Positions 1 to 11,100 of a DNA stretch of 64,000 bases are shown here, one piece after another. The stretch spans positions 35,712,001 to 35,776,000 of the forward strand of contig OZ004607.1 in NCBI GenBank assembly GCA_963924565.1, given 5' to 3'. Position 1 is the stretch's first letter, and every line of letters starts with the position of its first letter. Under the pieces are notes generated by a model. That model ran no database searches, was not told where the DNA came from, and worked only from the letters and a program-made list of their open reading frames with translations. The translations under genes were made by a program, and so were the position numbers. The DNA comes from Ascidiella aspersa (taxonomy: Eukaryota).

Positions 1-2558
1 ACACCAAAACAAAAAGGAGAAAAGTTGACCTTCTGCCAAATGCGCAATTATAACTCAGGCCCACCTCCCTGTGGCGGCACCATATCCCTATGGGAATGGT
101 TGTCCGGAGGAGGGACTGAACATTACTGACACTTCAGACATTCCCGGCCTCCTTTTTGGCCAATGGGAAGACAAAGCCACTACCCTTTTACCTTTTACTT
201 TACTCTTACTTTCATTGCTTTCTTTTAGTCGCTATTGTATAGAGATAATAAGAACGTATTTAAAAAAAAATCCTTACCCTGCAGGAGACAACTCGATTTA
301 ACCAACCAAATTTTAAAATTGGCCCAAACAAAATATCTAACACCTTATGTCAACATTCAAACCACCCCAAAAGTAAGAGGCACCGGTACCGTTTTTCTCA
401 TAAATCAAAAAAAAATTCCCTCCGGCCCTTCCTTTGTGGTGGCACCTGTTCCCTAGTGGAGACAGGTTTCATAAAGGACTTGGCTCAGACCATCACATTG
501 TTGTGTTTTTTCCAGCCACTTGTTCACCAATTGGAAGAATCGAGCCAAAACGCTTAATATAACTTACATTCTATCAGGTAAGTTCAGCACTGGCGGAGAA
601 AAAAAATAAATTTACGTTATTTAGTTAGTTAAAAAAATGCACTTCGTTCAGCAACAAACTGCAGGTAGCTGTATGTTGAGATTTGTTTTTAACTATATTG
701 GCCTGAAGTTTTCAAATGGTTTGCTTTAATAAATTAATCACAATTTACCAAACTCATTGAAACAGAACATTTCAGTTAATTTTTGCTACACTTTCGACCA
801 ACAAACGAAAGTTTTCTCATACAGTTTATAACCTTAATTTAACATAGAGGTTTAGCATTACAAAAAGCTAATAAAACCTGACTGGTGGCTTTCGGGCGCT
901 GCAAAAAAGTTGCTCCCGTTGAGAGCTTCACTGGATTGGAATGTATTTGGCAACTCGGTTAAGTGCTTACGGTCACTTGTTGCTTGCTAGCATCAATTTT
1001 ACCGGTGAAATAATTTACACGCAGAAAATCTCTGACATTGTCAGAATGAATACTGAATAAAATTAACCACTAATAAAGGATAAGTAGGCAGGGGCCCGCG
1101 GCAGATTTTTTTATGAGGACGAGTCGTGAAAATTTTAGAGATGACGTCAGAAACAAATATTCTCAAGAGTCTTGTACGTGCAAGTACAATCGGGTTTAAA
1201 TCTATTCAAGCATATGGCAACAAAGCGGTCGCGCGAAAAAATATCTGACTATTTGGGTTAAATTTATTATGAAGTAAAAGTTATTAAACTTATAAAAAAC
1301 AACGGTCTTGTGAAAAAAGGGCGCTGGTCTAGAATCCTACCACTTTTATTTTACAGTAACAAAACGAGTTGTCAAAATTGTATCACCTCCACCACAAATA
1401 AAATATGTAAACATTTACCTCTTATACTTACCTACTACACAATTTATCAGCACAAATAAGTGGAGAAACTGTTTACCTACTCCGCTTTGTAACCTGGGCT
1501 ACTTACCTGACGGGGGGCGTTTAACCCGCACCACTGTGGGGTTTGTATGCTGGCATTTTTTCCTGGGTAAAACCGGGTCTTTTTGCCCAATAAAATACTA
1601 AATTTATTACCTTACTGATACATACTATTATTACATATTACCTACACTCAAACAAAAAGGCGAAATTCTTGACCTTCTGCCGATGCGCGGTTATAGCTCG
1701 AGTCCTACCTCCAAGTGGCGGCACCATCTATCCCCCTTTGGGAATCGTTGTTCTGAGGACTGGGCCTGAACCATTACTGACATTTCAGACATTCCGGGCG
1801 TCCTTTTGGCCAATGGGAAGAAAAAGCCACTACCCCTTTACCTTTTACTTTCTTTGCTTTCTTTTATTTAGCAAAATCTAAAAAATAAAAAAACGCAACT
1901 CGGTCCATACATTCGTGGTGGCTCCCTAGTGGAGTCAGGTTTCATAAAGGACTTTGCTCAGACCATCACTAACCTTGCTGTGGTTTTTCCAGCACTTCTT
2001 CGCCAATTGGAAGAATCGAGCCAAAACGCTTAATATAACTTACATTCTATCAGGTAGAAGTTCAGCACTGGCGGGAAAAAAAAATAAATTTACGTTATTT
2101 AGTTAGTTAAAAAAATGCACTTCGTTCAGCAACAAACTGCAGGTAGCTGTATGTTGAGATTTGTTTGTAACTATCTTGGCCTGAAGTTTTCAAATGGTTT
2201 GCTTTGATAAATTAATCAGAATTTACCAAACTCATTGAAACAGAACACTTTAGTTAATTTTTGCTACACTTTCGACCAACAAACGAAAGTTTTTTCATAC
2301 AGTCTATAAGCTTAATTTAACATACAGATTTTGCATTACAACAAGCTAATAACACCTGACTGGTGGCTTTTGGGCGCTGCAAAAATTGCTCCCGTTAAGA
2401 GCTTCACTGGATGGGAATGTATTTGGCAACTCGGTTAAGTGCTTACGGTCACTTGTTGCTTGCTACCATCAAGTTTTGCCGGTGGATTAATCTACACGCA
2501 GAAATTCTGACATTGTCAGCATAAATAATGAATACTGAATAAAATTAACAATAATAAA
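1..2558 (+). repeat. Direct duplication: 1-1077 versus 1644-2558
   Basis: Colinear throughout; near-identical for ~527-1077 versus ~2003-2558, more diverged and indel-rich in the 5' part. Confidence 0.92.
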
Positions 2559-2569
2559 TATTGAGGAAA

Positions 2570-2978
2570 TACCCCGGGGATTTTTTTTTTTTTTCAAAAA
2601 TTCAAAAATAATCGAAAAAACTTAAAGTCGTTTTTTTAGCTTTATTTTAGGTGTTAGGCAGTTGAAACTTTACCATGTTGTTTCTACGCACAAGGCGCAT
2701 CTACACACAAAGTTTCACTCAAATCGGAGAAGGTCGATTTTTTTAAAATGCCAAAAATCGCGTTTTTTCGAATAATTTTTATAAAAAATGTCCATTTTCT
2801 CGTTAATTATAAAGAATTGGACTATATAAGTATCACCGTTGGATTCATATTGTCCTAACGCATCTTCTGTGAAAATTTCAGCCAAATCGGAGCAGGTCGA
2901 AAATAATTCGAAAAAAATCGCTGGTATATGAGCGTCGAAATTCGCCAATTTTGCCGATTTAGCCTTATGTTATAAGAT
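2570..2978 (+). mobile_element. Possible Helentron/DINE-1-like non-autonomous fragment
   Basis: Motifs aagtttcactcaaatcgga and aaatttcagccaaatcgga, ending ...tataagat; recognised by motif only. Confidence 0.3.
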
Positions 2979-3639
2979 AGGGAATACTGATGATGTGAAA
3001 CGCGCTATAATAAATAGTCAAGCGTTATATCAAACAGACAAATCTCGTTCTTATAACTATTTGTAGGCTGCGATAAGCTTCATGTCGTCAACTTGTTAGA
3101 AGTCGTTTTGGGAAAATTGTTGATTTTGAAATCCAACTTAAGATGAACTGTGTATATTCACCAGTATATTCACCAGAAGTCTTTTAACCACCAATCTTCA
3201 GAATCCACAAACGCTACTGTTTTTGAGAAAATCACTTGAGAATGCATAAATGATAATTTGCAGTTTCTCCAAGTGCGTTTGGACAAACTGCCGGTATTTC
3301 GGCTCGCTAAAAAAAATATTTTGTTTTTTTGTAACTGTATAACAAAACGTTTTTTTTCTAATATATTATTTTTCTCTAATATATCTAATTTTTTTTTTAA
3401 ATTTGACTTCGTTTTTTTTCGAAGATAGTCTTAAATTTATTTAGGTGAGTTTTTTGGTGGGTTTTTATTTGTAGGCACGATTTTTGTAACTTTGTAGTAT
3501 AATATTCTGCCATATCCAGAAAGAGAAGTTGTTGGTTTATGAAATAACGGTTTTCAGTAATTTCTATCTACTCCTTCCAATGTAGAGTAGTAGCGAACAA
3601 ACCTCAACAACCAACTACTTTTTACTTACGAGCAGTCTT

Positions 3640-3712
3640 CTTTCAATCGCCCATAGAAAAGTACAAACCAAGCTTCAAGTTGCTTAACTTCGTAGATACG
3701 ACAAGCTCCTAT
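3640..3712 (-). pseudogene. Degenerate 5S rRNA-like sequence (5S pseudogene or SINE3-type head)
   Basis: Minus strand GAGCTTGTCGTATCTACGAAGTTAAGCAACTTGAAGCTTGGTTTGTACTTTTCTATGGGCGA is colinear with the animal 5S core as recalled (GAAGTTAAGC...TGGTTAGTACTT..ATGGG.GA; box A to box C). Confidence 0.55.
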
Positions 3713-5780
3713 AAGGTTTAGGGCTTGACGATTTAGCGCAAACGTCAAGCAGCACTCGGCAGATCTTGAAGAAGACGTCTCTAAACCTTAAATTTCGTTT
3801 TAAGTAATCCTCGATTAAACTTTCGTTTGTTGGTTGGAGACGAAGAGCTTCGTTTCTCCGTGTCCAAAACCAGACAGTGAGAATTCAAAATTGTTTATTT
3901 CGTTTCTATTGTTTTTTCACATTTATATTTTTGCAGAAGCCGCTTTCACAATTTGAAGCAAATGATGTCAGTTGACTAAAAATTTATAACAGACTCTTTT
4001 AAATCTTACTTTTGAAGTCTATACAAAGTAATGGGTCGTATAACATTATTTTCTTCTTTAATTAATGGGTCGTATAATAACTTACTTAATAATCGGATAA
4101 ACCTCACCAGCTACGATTTCGCCACAGTAAAAAGTGAAACTCAGTTCTTTACTTTTTTTTATTTTTTAAGGAACGCTTCACGATTTTGATTTCAAAACAA
4201 AAAAATCTTTTTCGTTAACAAGTAATCTGCGTTTAAACTTTAGTTTGTTGGTTGATTCTCGTTAAAATAAGAATTTTTTTTTTTAATTTTTTTGTAACGT
4301 AAGTTGGGTTCAATGTCGAGGACAAGTATAGATGTATATATTTTTATTATTATTATATATCTCCATTGGTCTAGTAGGAAAAAAATAATTATACCCATAT
4401 TTAAAACAAAATTAGAACGCTTTTCTTTTTTTTTGGAAAAACATAAATGCGAAAGCTACTATTCCACGATAAATTAGTGTTATTGCCTTGGTTATGGTTT
4501 CTTTCTGGGTTTGTGGTGCTTTGGTTTACTTTGACTCCGGCTTGTACTTCAGTTGGACTATTCATTATTGGCTTCTCGTTCTTAGGTTGGATGTCGCTTC
4601 GTGGTTTTGCGCTTGTATGTTGTATGTTGCCGTCGTGATGAAGTCTTTTGTTGGGTTCAGTCAGTGCTTGAGGGTTTTTTCTGTCGTTACATTATCTTCT
4701 AAGCTTCTTAGATAAAAGCCTACTCTTTTTCCAAAGTTCCCAGAATAAATTGTCAAATTACCTTCGCAGAAATATTGCAATGTCGGCACGTTGAATCTAA
4801 ATAAAACAGTAAACACAGATTAGCAATCATAAAAAAAGAGTAAATAAAAGTCGTATCTTCTGAGACTTAGCAGCCCGGTGTTTCGTCAGTGGTTTGCCTT
4901 TTTATTTTAAATAAGAACGTTTTATTTTTTATGATAATTCAAGAAGGAATTCTTTTACATCTATCCTTGTGGTATAGCTTCTGTCTTTTTGTTGGCAAAA
5001 TTGTCAGATATAAATTGTTCATGCTTTTTTGGTATCATTGTATCAACTATGCCTCTTCCAACCTCCAGTGAGATAATCGTTTGATATCAACACCAAATTA
5101 AGATAAAAATAAGGATTCAAATGAAAAATGTAAAGATGAAGTAATAAGTTATAATTATTGCGCAATAAGCTTCGGTCATACTGAAAATATTTTGCTAAAG
5201 TTTATTGCAAAATAGGTATAACCTATTAGGCTACTTAATCAATAGAAAATTAGGATCTATTTAGTGAACGGATCCATGAGTAGAGTGAAGGGAGGTTCAA
5301 GAGAAGGATATTTTTTTTAATTTTAATTAAATAAGGGTTTTTTGTTTTTTTTATAAATTAAATAAGGTTAGTTACAACGAAAAGTAAAGGTAAAAGTGGA
5401 AGAGGAAGAGGAAGAGGAAGAGCTACGAGTACAAGTCTACGGACGCTACGAACAGAAATGAAACAAATAGTATTTGTAATACTTTTGTTTTTTTTTAGAT
5501 TTGTGGGTCTTTTGTTTCGCTTTATGTGTAGTTTCTTGGAGTCCACTGGAATGTTACTTGTACATTTGTCAGCCTCGTGTTCTGGTCGGTTGTATTGCCA
5601 ATAACTTGTTTCCTCTTTCCCGGCACGATAGTAGAAATTCGGTGTTCGAGAACGTGTTGTAATACCGACCATTATTATTGGAGTTCAGAAGTATAGAATA
5701 AATGTTCGAAGATATCTTATCTTCTGCTTATTACAAATCTGACATGCTTGTTAAAACGCCTCAATCGAGTGACTTTAGAG

Positions 5781-6765
5781 CAGTGCTTCCCAACCAGTGG
5801 ATGGCGAAGCATTTCTAAATGTTATAGTTTTCTTATAGATCGGGAAATTATTGCATTACCATTACGTAACAATTATGCAAAAATGTAACAAATACGTAAC
5901 AATTAGATTTGTTGTGTCCAGGGAGTCGAACCGTTTGACTTTTCCGGTTCAGGTTCGGTTCGACTAAATTTATTTTCAAAACCGGTTTATAAAGTTCCGG
6001 TTCGGATGCAATATGAGATGAAAATGTGGGTCAATAAATGTAGAGTTACATAGATTAACTCTGTAAAATAGAGGTTGTGACGTCATGCTGGAGTGAACCG
6101 CTTTTATTGACAGGTTCGAGTTCGGTTAAGGTTCAGGTTTATTCAAAATATTGGGTTCAGTTCCGGTTCGGCTCTTTAGAATCTTACATAAAACGGTTCA
6201 GGTTCGGTTACGGTTCGGGAAAAATTGGACCAAAACCGGTTCATAAAGTTCCGGTTCGGTTCCGGTTCGACTCCCTGGTTGTGTCGCATTAACTATTTCA
6301 GTACGTTGTCCCAAATAATGCCTCAACTTGATCTGATAATATCCAATATGCAAGCTCAAGTTTCGCAATAATAGTAAATTGTATGTGTATACATTGCCTC
6401 GTTTCTCATTCATTTGTTTTTTATCTCATTGTGGGTCGCACAATGAAACTTAAGATATATGATCTATAGGTTGTTGTTATTTTTGCACACAAGGCACAAC
6501 CCACGGAACTACCTCTTCATTCATACTAATAAATTACTCGCGTTGGTCAGTGATTTTAATATAACTCCATATGTAAGGTATCACACCGTACAGACAATCG
6601 TTTTACATTATGATATGGCAGTGTTTTGGGCACCAAGGCGCCGTATTATATTTCACAAAAATATCCCGAATCCGTCACTTTTTCGTAGTGCTTTTACATA
6701 GTGGGCCTTCAATAGCTCTGAAAAGGGTACTTTGGGCCGCGACAAAAAAAGTTTGCTGACCACTG
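5781..6765. mobile_element. Older hAT (Charlie/Buster-like) non-autonomous element
   Basis: Ends cagtgcttcccaacc...gtttgctgaccactg; nnnTAnnn flanks; internal 6320-6447 matches 45377-45498. Confidence 0.65.
5919..6277. mobile_element. hAT-type MITE with perfect TIRs and 8-bp TSD, nested in an older MITE
   Basis: 15-bp TIR cagggagtcgaaccg/cggttcgactccctg; TSD gttgtgtc at 5911-5918 and 6278-6285; internal (c/a)ggttc repeats. Confidence 0.92.
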
Positions 6766-6774
6766 TACTAAGGG

Positions 6775-6966
6775 GGTGAGGTTTGGGGTTAGGCAAACTG
6801 TTGTATAGGCCTGATTCTGGCCATTTAGGTCTTCTTCTGACGGATTTAGGACTTATTCCGATTAAGACGGTACTTCGACTATGAGGTTTTCGTCCTTTCT
6901 AATCTTATTCTGAACTGTGTTTTATTCCGACGTTGATGTTGTTCTTATTTCGGTCGTGTGGCTGGA
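6775..6966 (+). repeat. Dispersed repeat; inverted copy at ~48812-49003
   Basis: cctgattctggccattta, ttattccgacgttgatgttgttcttatttcgg match the reverse complement of 48812-48970; telomere-like ggggttagg flank. Confidence 0.85.
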
Positions 6967-7039
6967 GTTTGTCGTAGTGAATGATTTCTTTCATTAAAAA
7001 CAAACTTTTATCTGGCCTCGCCCGTAAAACGCAGTCGTT

Positions 7040-8055
7040 TTTTTCGTTTTGCCGCATTTATTTTATAAACGAGATTGAGAAGCGCAAGAGAAAAGAGAAG
7101 TAGCGAGCGGAACAGGATAAAAAGGAACTTGTCGATGTAACAAGAGTCAAAAAAATAATAATGTACAAAAAGAAAAAAAAATACAACAACAACAGGAAAA
7201 AAACAACAACAAAACTCACTGAAGAGGAAAGCGCGCGAACGGTAATATCTATAAATAAATTGATTGTCGCGAAAAGGTTTCAATTAACTGCATCGTATAA
7301 AAACAGCAAGAACAACAAAACAATGATGTAGCAAAACCGAAACAGAATACTGTCAACTTTTTTTCGTAAACGTTTGTAACGTTAAATTGTATTGCTTAAA
7401 TGACATGTCGGATGAACTGTATAGCTACAACAACCCATCTAAAATAGTTTTGATTAATGGTAAAAAAAACAAGCAAAATGATTACAATTTTCAGTAGTTT
7501 CTTAATAAAACACGTGCGAAGATATGCGGACCAAAAAATGTTAAAAACCTCATCGTTTCGTTTCGGCCAGCATTCGTAACGTATCCTAAAAACTAGCGTA
7601 TGGAACTATTGGAAACCACGAACGTTACTATATAGACACTTGAGCGTTCGTGAAAAACTACAAAACGTTGGCGGCGCCAAGATTTGTGAGGTCAAAACGT
7701 TGCAGCCGTTGCGAACAGCGTTCAACAGTCGCGCCAACACAGTATAAGTCCTGCACTGCAGCGCGTTTTAAAGGCTTTCGTCGCAAAAAGAAAGGTAACA
7801 TCGGGTCCTGGAAAAAATTGAAGGAGAAGCCATTGCAGCGATTAAGATAAATATTCCGATCGCAAAGAATGACGGTCGCAGTTTTTCACGCTCACAGCGG
7901 GTTGGCAGCTGCCTGCAGCAAGCAAGCAAGCGGACTAAATGTGCTACGCAGAGAGGTGCCATCGCCGTGAAAACTCGTCAACGTTAAAATCGGCGTCGGG
8001 CGCTGGATCCGTTCCGGGCCAATGGGCGTGGTATGTCGCGTGTCGCGTACGGCGG
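7040..8055 (-). other. Predicted 3' UTR (~1 kb, U-rich) with AATAAA at 7062-7057
   Basis: First minus-strand AATAAA I found downstream of the stop, followed by U/GU-rich sequence. Confidence 0.55.
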
Positions 8056-8156
8056 TCACCTGGTGCAGATGTCGCAGCAAACCTTCATATAGTTGGAACA
8101 GAGGCCCATGTGCTTGATTTTGGCGCAGTCGCGTGAAGTGTTTACGCAAGGTCTTC
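8056..8156 (-). CDS. ADAMTSL1/3: Terminal coding exon: PLAC domain (GRPCVNTSRDCAKIKHMGLCSNYMKVCCDICTR*)
   Basis: ttgactcag| acceptor; six Cys in PLAC pattern C..C..C..CCxxC; TGA at 8058-8056. Confidence 0.93.
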
Positions 8157-11100
8157 CTGAGTCAATAAGAAAGACGACACTCTGTTAGGGTCGGTCACAA
8201 CACAGGTCTATGCATACTTAAACTGTTGCTACCAAGCATAGTAATATTAAAAAATCAGCTCGTAATATTTAAAAAATCAGAATTTTGCGATGCATGGCAG
8301 CGAATTGAACTTTAAAGGATAATTTTAAAAATGTTGTACGTTAAGTGGGTACACTATGCACGGATCTGTAATCTGCCTTGATAAAAAAGTTCAAAGACAA
8401 AAATGTCGATCTGCCATATTGATGAAGACGTTTCGATACGAGCTTGTACCATCTTCAGTTCATTAAATCCTACATCAACATTAGCTGAAGATGATACAAG
8501 CTCGAAAATATTTTTAAAAAACTAAAAAAAAAAACTCACAAAACCAAAACCATCCCATAATCTCACCTGCAAACCTGCTGGGCGCGAAAATTCGCGAGCG
8601 AGTGCACGATCGGCGGTTACAGGGCATCCGTACAGAAGGCCTACTGTTTGCCGGACACACCTTGCCAGCCGCTTGCTGCCGTCTGCCGTGGTACACGCAC
8701 CTCAGGATACGAGTGCGGAAACCGTCGCGGCCGCAAGCCTTGGAGCAGACCGACCAGGGGCTCGAGACCCACACAGGCACGCAACGGCGGTTCGGACATG
8801 ATGAATTTCTACGTGGGAGAAAATAAAGTCAATACACCAAAACGACTTAAGTCAAGCCAAGTAATTTGAAAACAGTGACTTGTGATTACAACACAGTTTT
8901 TTCGACCTACACATGCACGAAGCGACGGTTCGGACATGAATTTCTGCGTGGGAGAAAAGGGATTTATTTTAGGTCCAGCTTAAGTTATGTGTTTAGAGAA
9001 TTTTAATAAAACAAAAATTTTTTTTTCAACTCTTTTTAATTTCTTTTTAATTGTGACCTTGGTATTTACGTTGTGTTGTTTTCGAATTATATTCAAAAAA
9101 CTTGAGCGATCCAATATTAGGTCTTTAGAAACTTACAAATTTTTTCATAAAATTTTGAGGCAACCCTTTTAGATACTGCCGTTGTATTTTTGTAAAATAA
9201 AAATCATGTTGTTTTATAAGGTTGTGTATTATGTTGAGCGGTTAAAGTTGCAAGTCTGAGCGGTGAAAGTTGCAATTCGTATTTGGTATTATGCAATGCA
9301 ATTGTAATTGTTACCCAACGTTTCGGCAATCTATTCAAATCGCCTTGTTCAAGGTGAATGACATCGAACGCTCGCAATACAATTTTTCCCCATTGATTAT
9401 ATAATGAGGGCGTTTGGTGTTGTCCTCAATAAGGCTTGGTTAGTTTACAATTACAGTTACTATAGGTTTTTTTGATTAATATTATGCCTGGTACCAACAG
9501 CTATAATGGTATCCAAATTAGGAAAGCAAGTCAATCTAAATTTAAGTTATTGTCATAACAATCACTCGTTTCCGCCCGATTCTGAGCCATACCTCAACTA
9601 AAATAAGACGAAAAACGCAATGCACAGCAAGCAATTTGTTTTATGTGCAAAAATTGGCATAAATAACCAAATTTTATAATAATGCTTTATGAAAACACTT
9701 CATTTACCAAAATTTGTCTAAAAAACTAAAGTCAAGTCAAGTAGTTTGCCCCAAAAAACCCAAGTTGAGTTATTTTGCTCAAAAGACTTAAGTAGAGTCA
9801 TTTGAAAACTTAATTTCAGTCATTAACAAAAATTTTATTCACAAAAAAAACTCAAGTTAAGTCATTTTCCCAAAAGCCTTAAGTCTTGTCAATTGATTAA
9901 AAAACAGTGACTTAAGTATGCTTGACTTTTAAGAAACACAGACATTAACTTAAATCATTACAACAGTGCCAAAATGCTATAAGCGTGTGCTGAGGAATTC
10001 GCCTGCAAGGGCTCAATGACAACAATGTGCTTCTGCTTCTCGAGCTCTGTCGTCAAAAGGTAATTCCCCTGATGACGTACCTTGTGGGCCGGGGCTGTCC
10101 CTTGCATGCGGACCTCGGCAGTTCCTTGGTTCCATCGCCCGACATACAGTGAAGTCGCCTCAGGCGTCGACCAACTCCGCGTCCAATGCACTTCTTGCTG
10201 CACTGTAACACAAATACACAACGTCACCCTTATGGTACACGACATAAAGCCACCAGTCACTGAATGTGTGTTGGGTACGAAAACTACACGGTTTTCCCCC
10301 TCGGGTGAAAAGGGTCGGAGATCAGTATTACCGTTGGAATTTACAATTGCGGGCAGGATAACAAAACATTCGAACTTTATTAGCTTAATTATTGTTACAC
10401 GAAGGACGTCTAAATAACTATATGCAATAACAAGTGTAGTGGGCTTTAAGAAATGTCGTATATTTACAACCACAAAAAATTAAAATTGCATTCGACAAAA
10501 TTCTAAATGTACTTATTTTTCAGGTCGTGGTGTGGTGACCTCTGAAACGTCTTTATCAAGATGAAGTCAATTTAATCGACCTTTTTGGCTATGAGACTCA
10601 TCAATTATTATCAATCCTTTATAATGTTGTAAAAATCCAAATGAAATTTAAGAAAAATGTCATTAAGCTTACCCTTCTCCACGGGCCGGGTTTCCACCAC
10701 GGACAAGAACCGCTGAAGCAAGGCTCCACTCGACTTGGCTGTTCGCTGATTCCTTGACACTCCTCGTTAGCGACCTCTCGCGCCCCGCCGTCCGACATCA
10801 GCACGACGCAAGGTGTCGCCCTAGTGCGGGTCCCGTTGCCGCAAGTCGCTGAACACGATTCCCAGCGACCGGTTATGAATCTGTATACGAGAAAAATAAA
10901 AAGCTGTGTTTAAAAGACTGAGTCGTTATACTCAAGTAAGATTGCAATTATTTGGCTGTTCAGAAGAATTTAGAAAGATTGATATGCTAGGTGTTTTTTT
11001 GCATCTGGTTTGTATGTTGCTCGTTTTTTAACTGTATAATATACAACCGGCGTAAATTTCAGCGTTATGTTTATTTATATTATATAGATAGATACGGCTT

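Noticed and set aside
1499-1560. tacttacctga resembling the U1 snRNA 5' end
   Set aside because: Nothing downstream matches U1 (no stem-loop I motif or Sm site); it is just a reverse-complement donor consensus
2987-3007. ctgatgatgtgaaacgcgcta as a hammerhead
   Set aside because: No stem II or stem I can form
3780-3850. LQPTNESLIEDYLKR resembling a plant NAC motif
   Set aside because: Short stop-bounded frame with no other NAC subdomains; coincidental
5919-6277. Regular ggttc repeats as a CRISPR-like array
   Set aside because: Eukaryotic context, no constant repeat-spacer period, and bounded by TIRs and a TSD
9958-10473. 171-aa minus-strand ORF
   Set aside because: Overlaps exon 10081-10202 in another frame and has no recognisable domain
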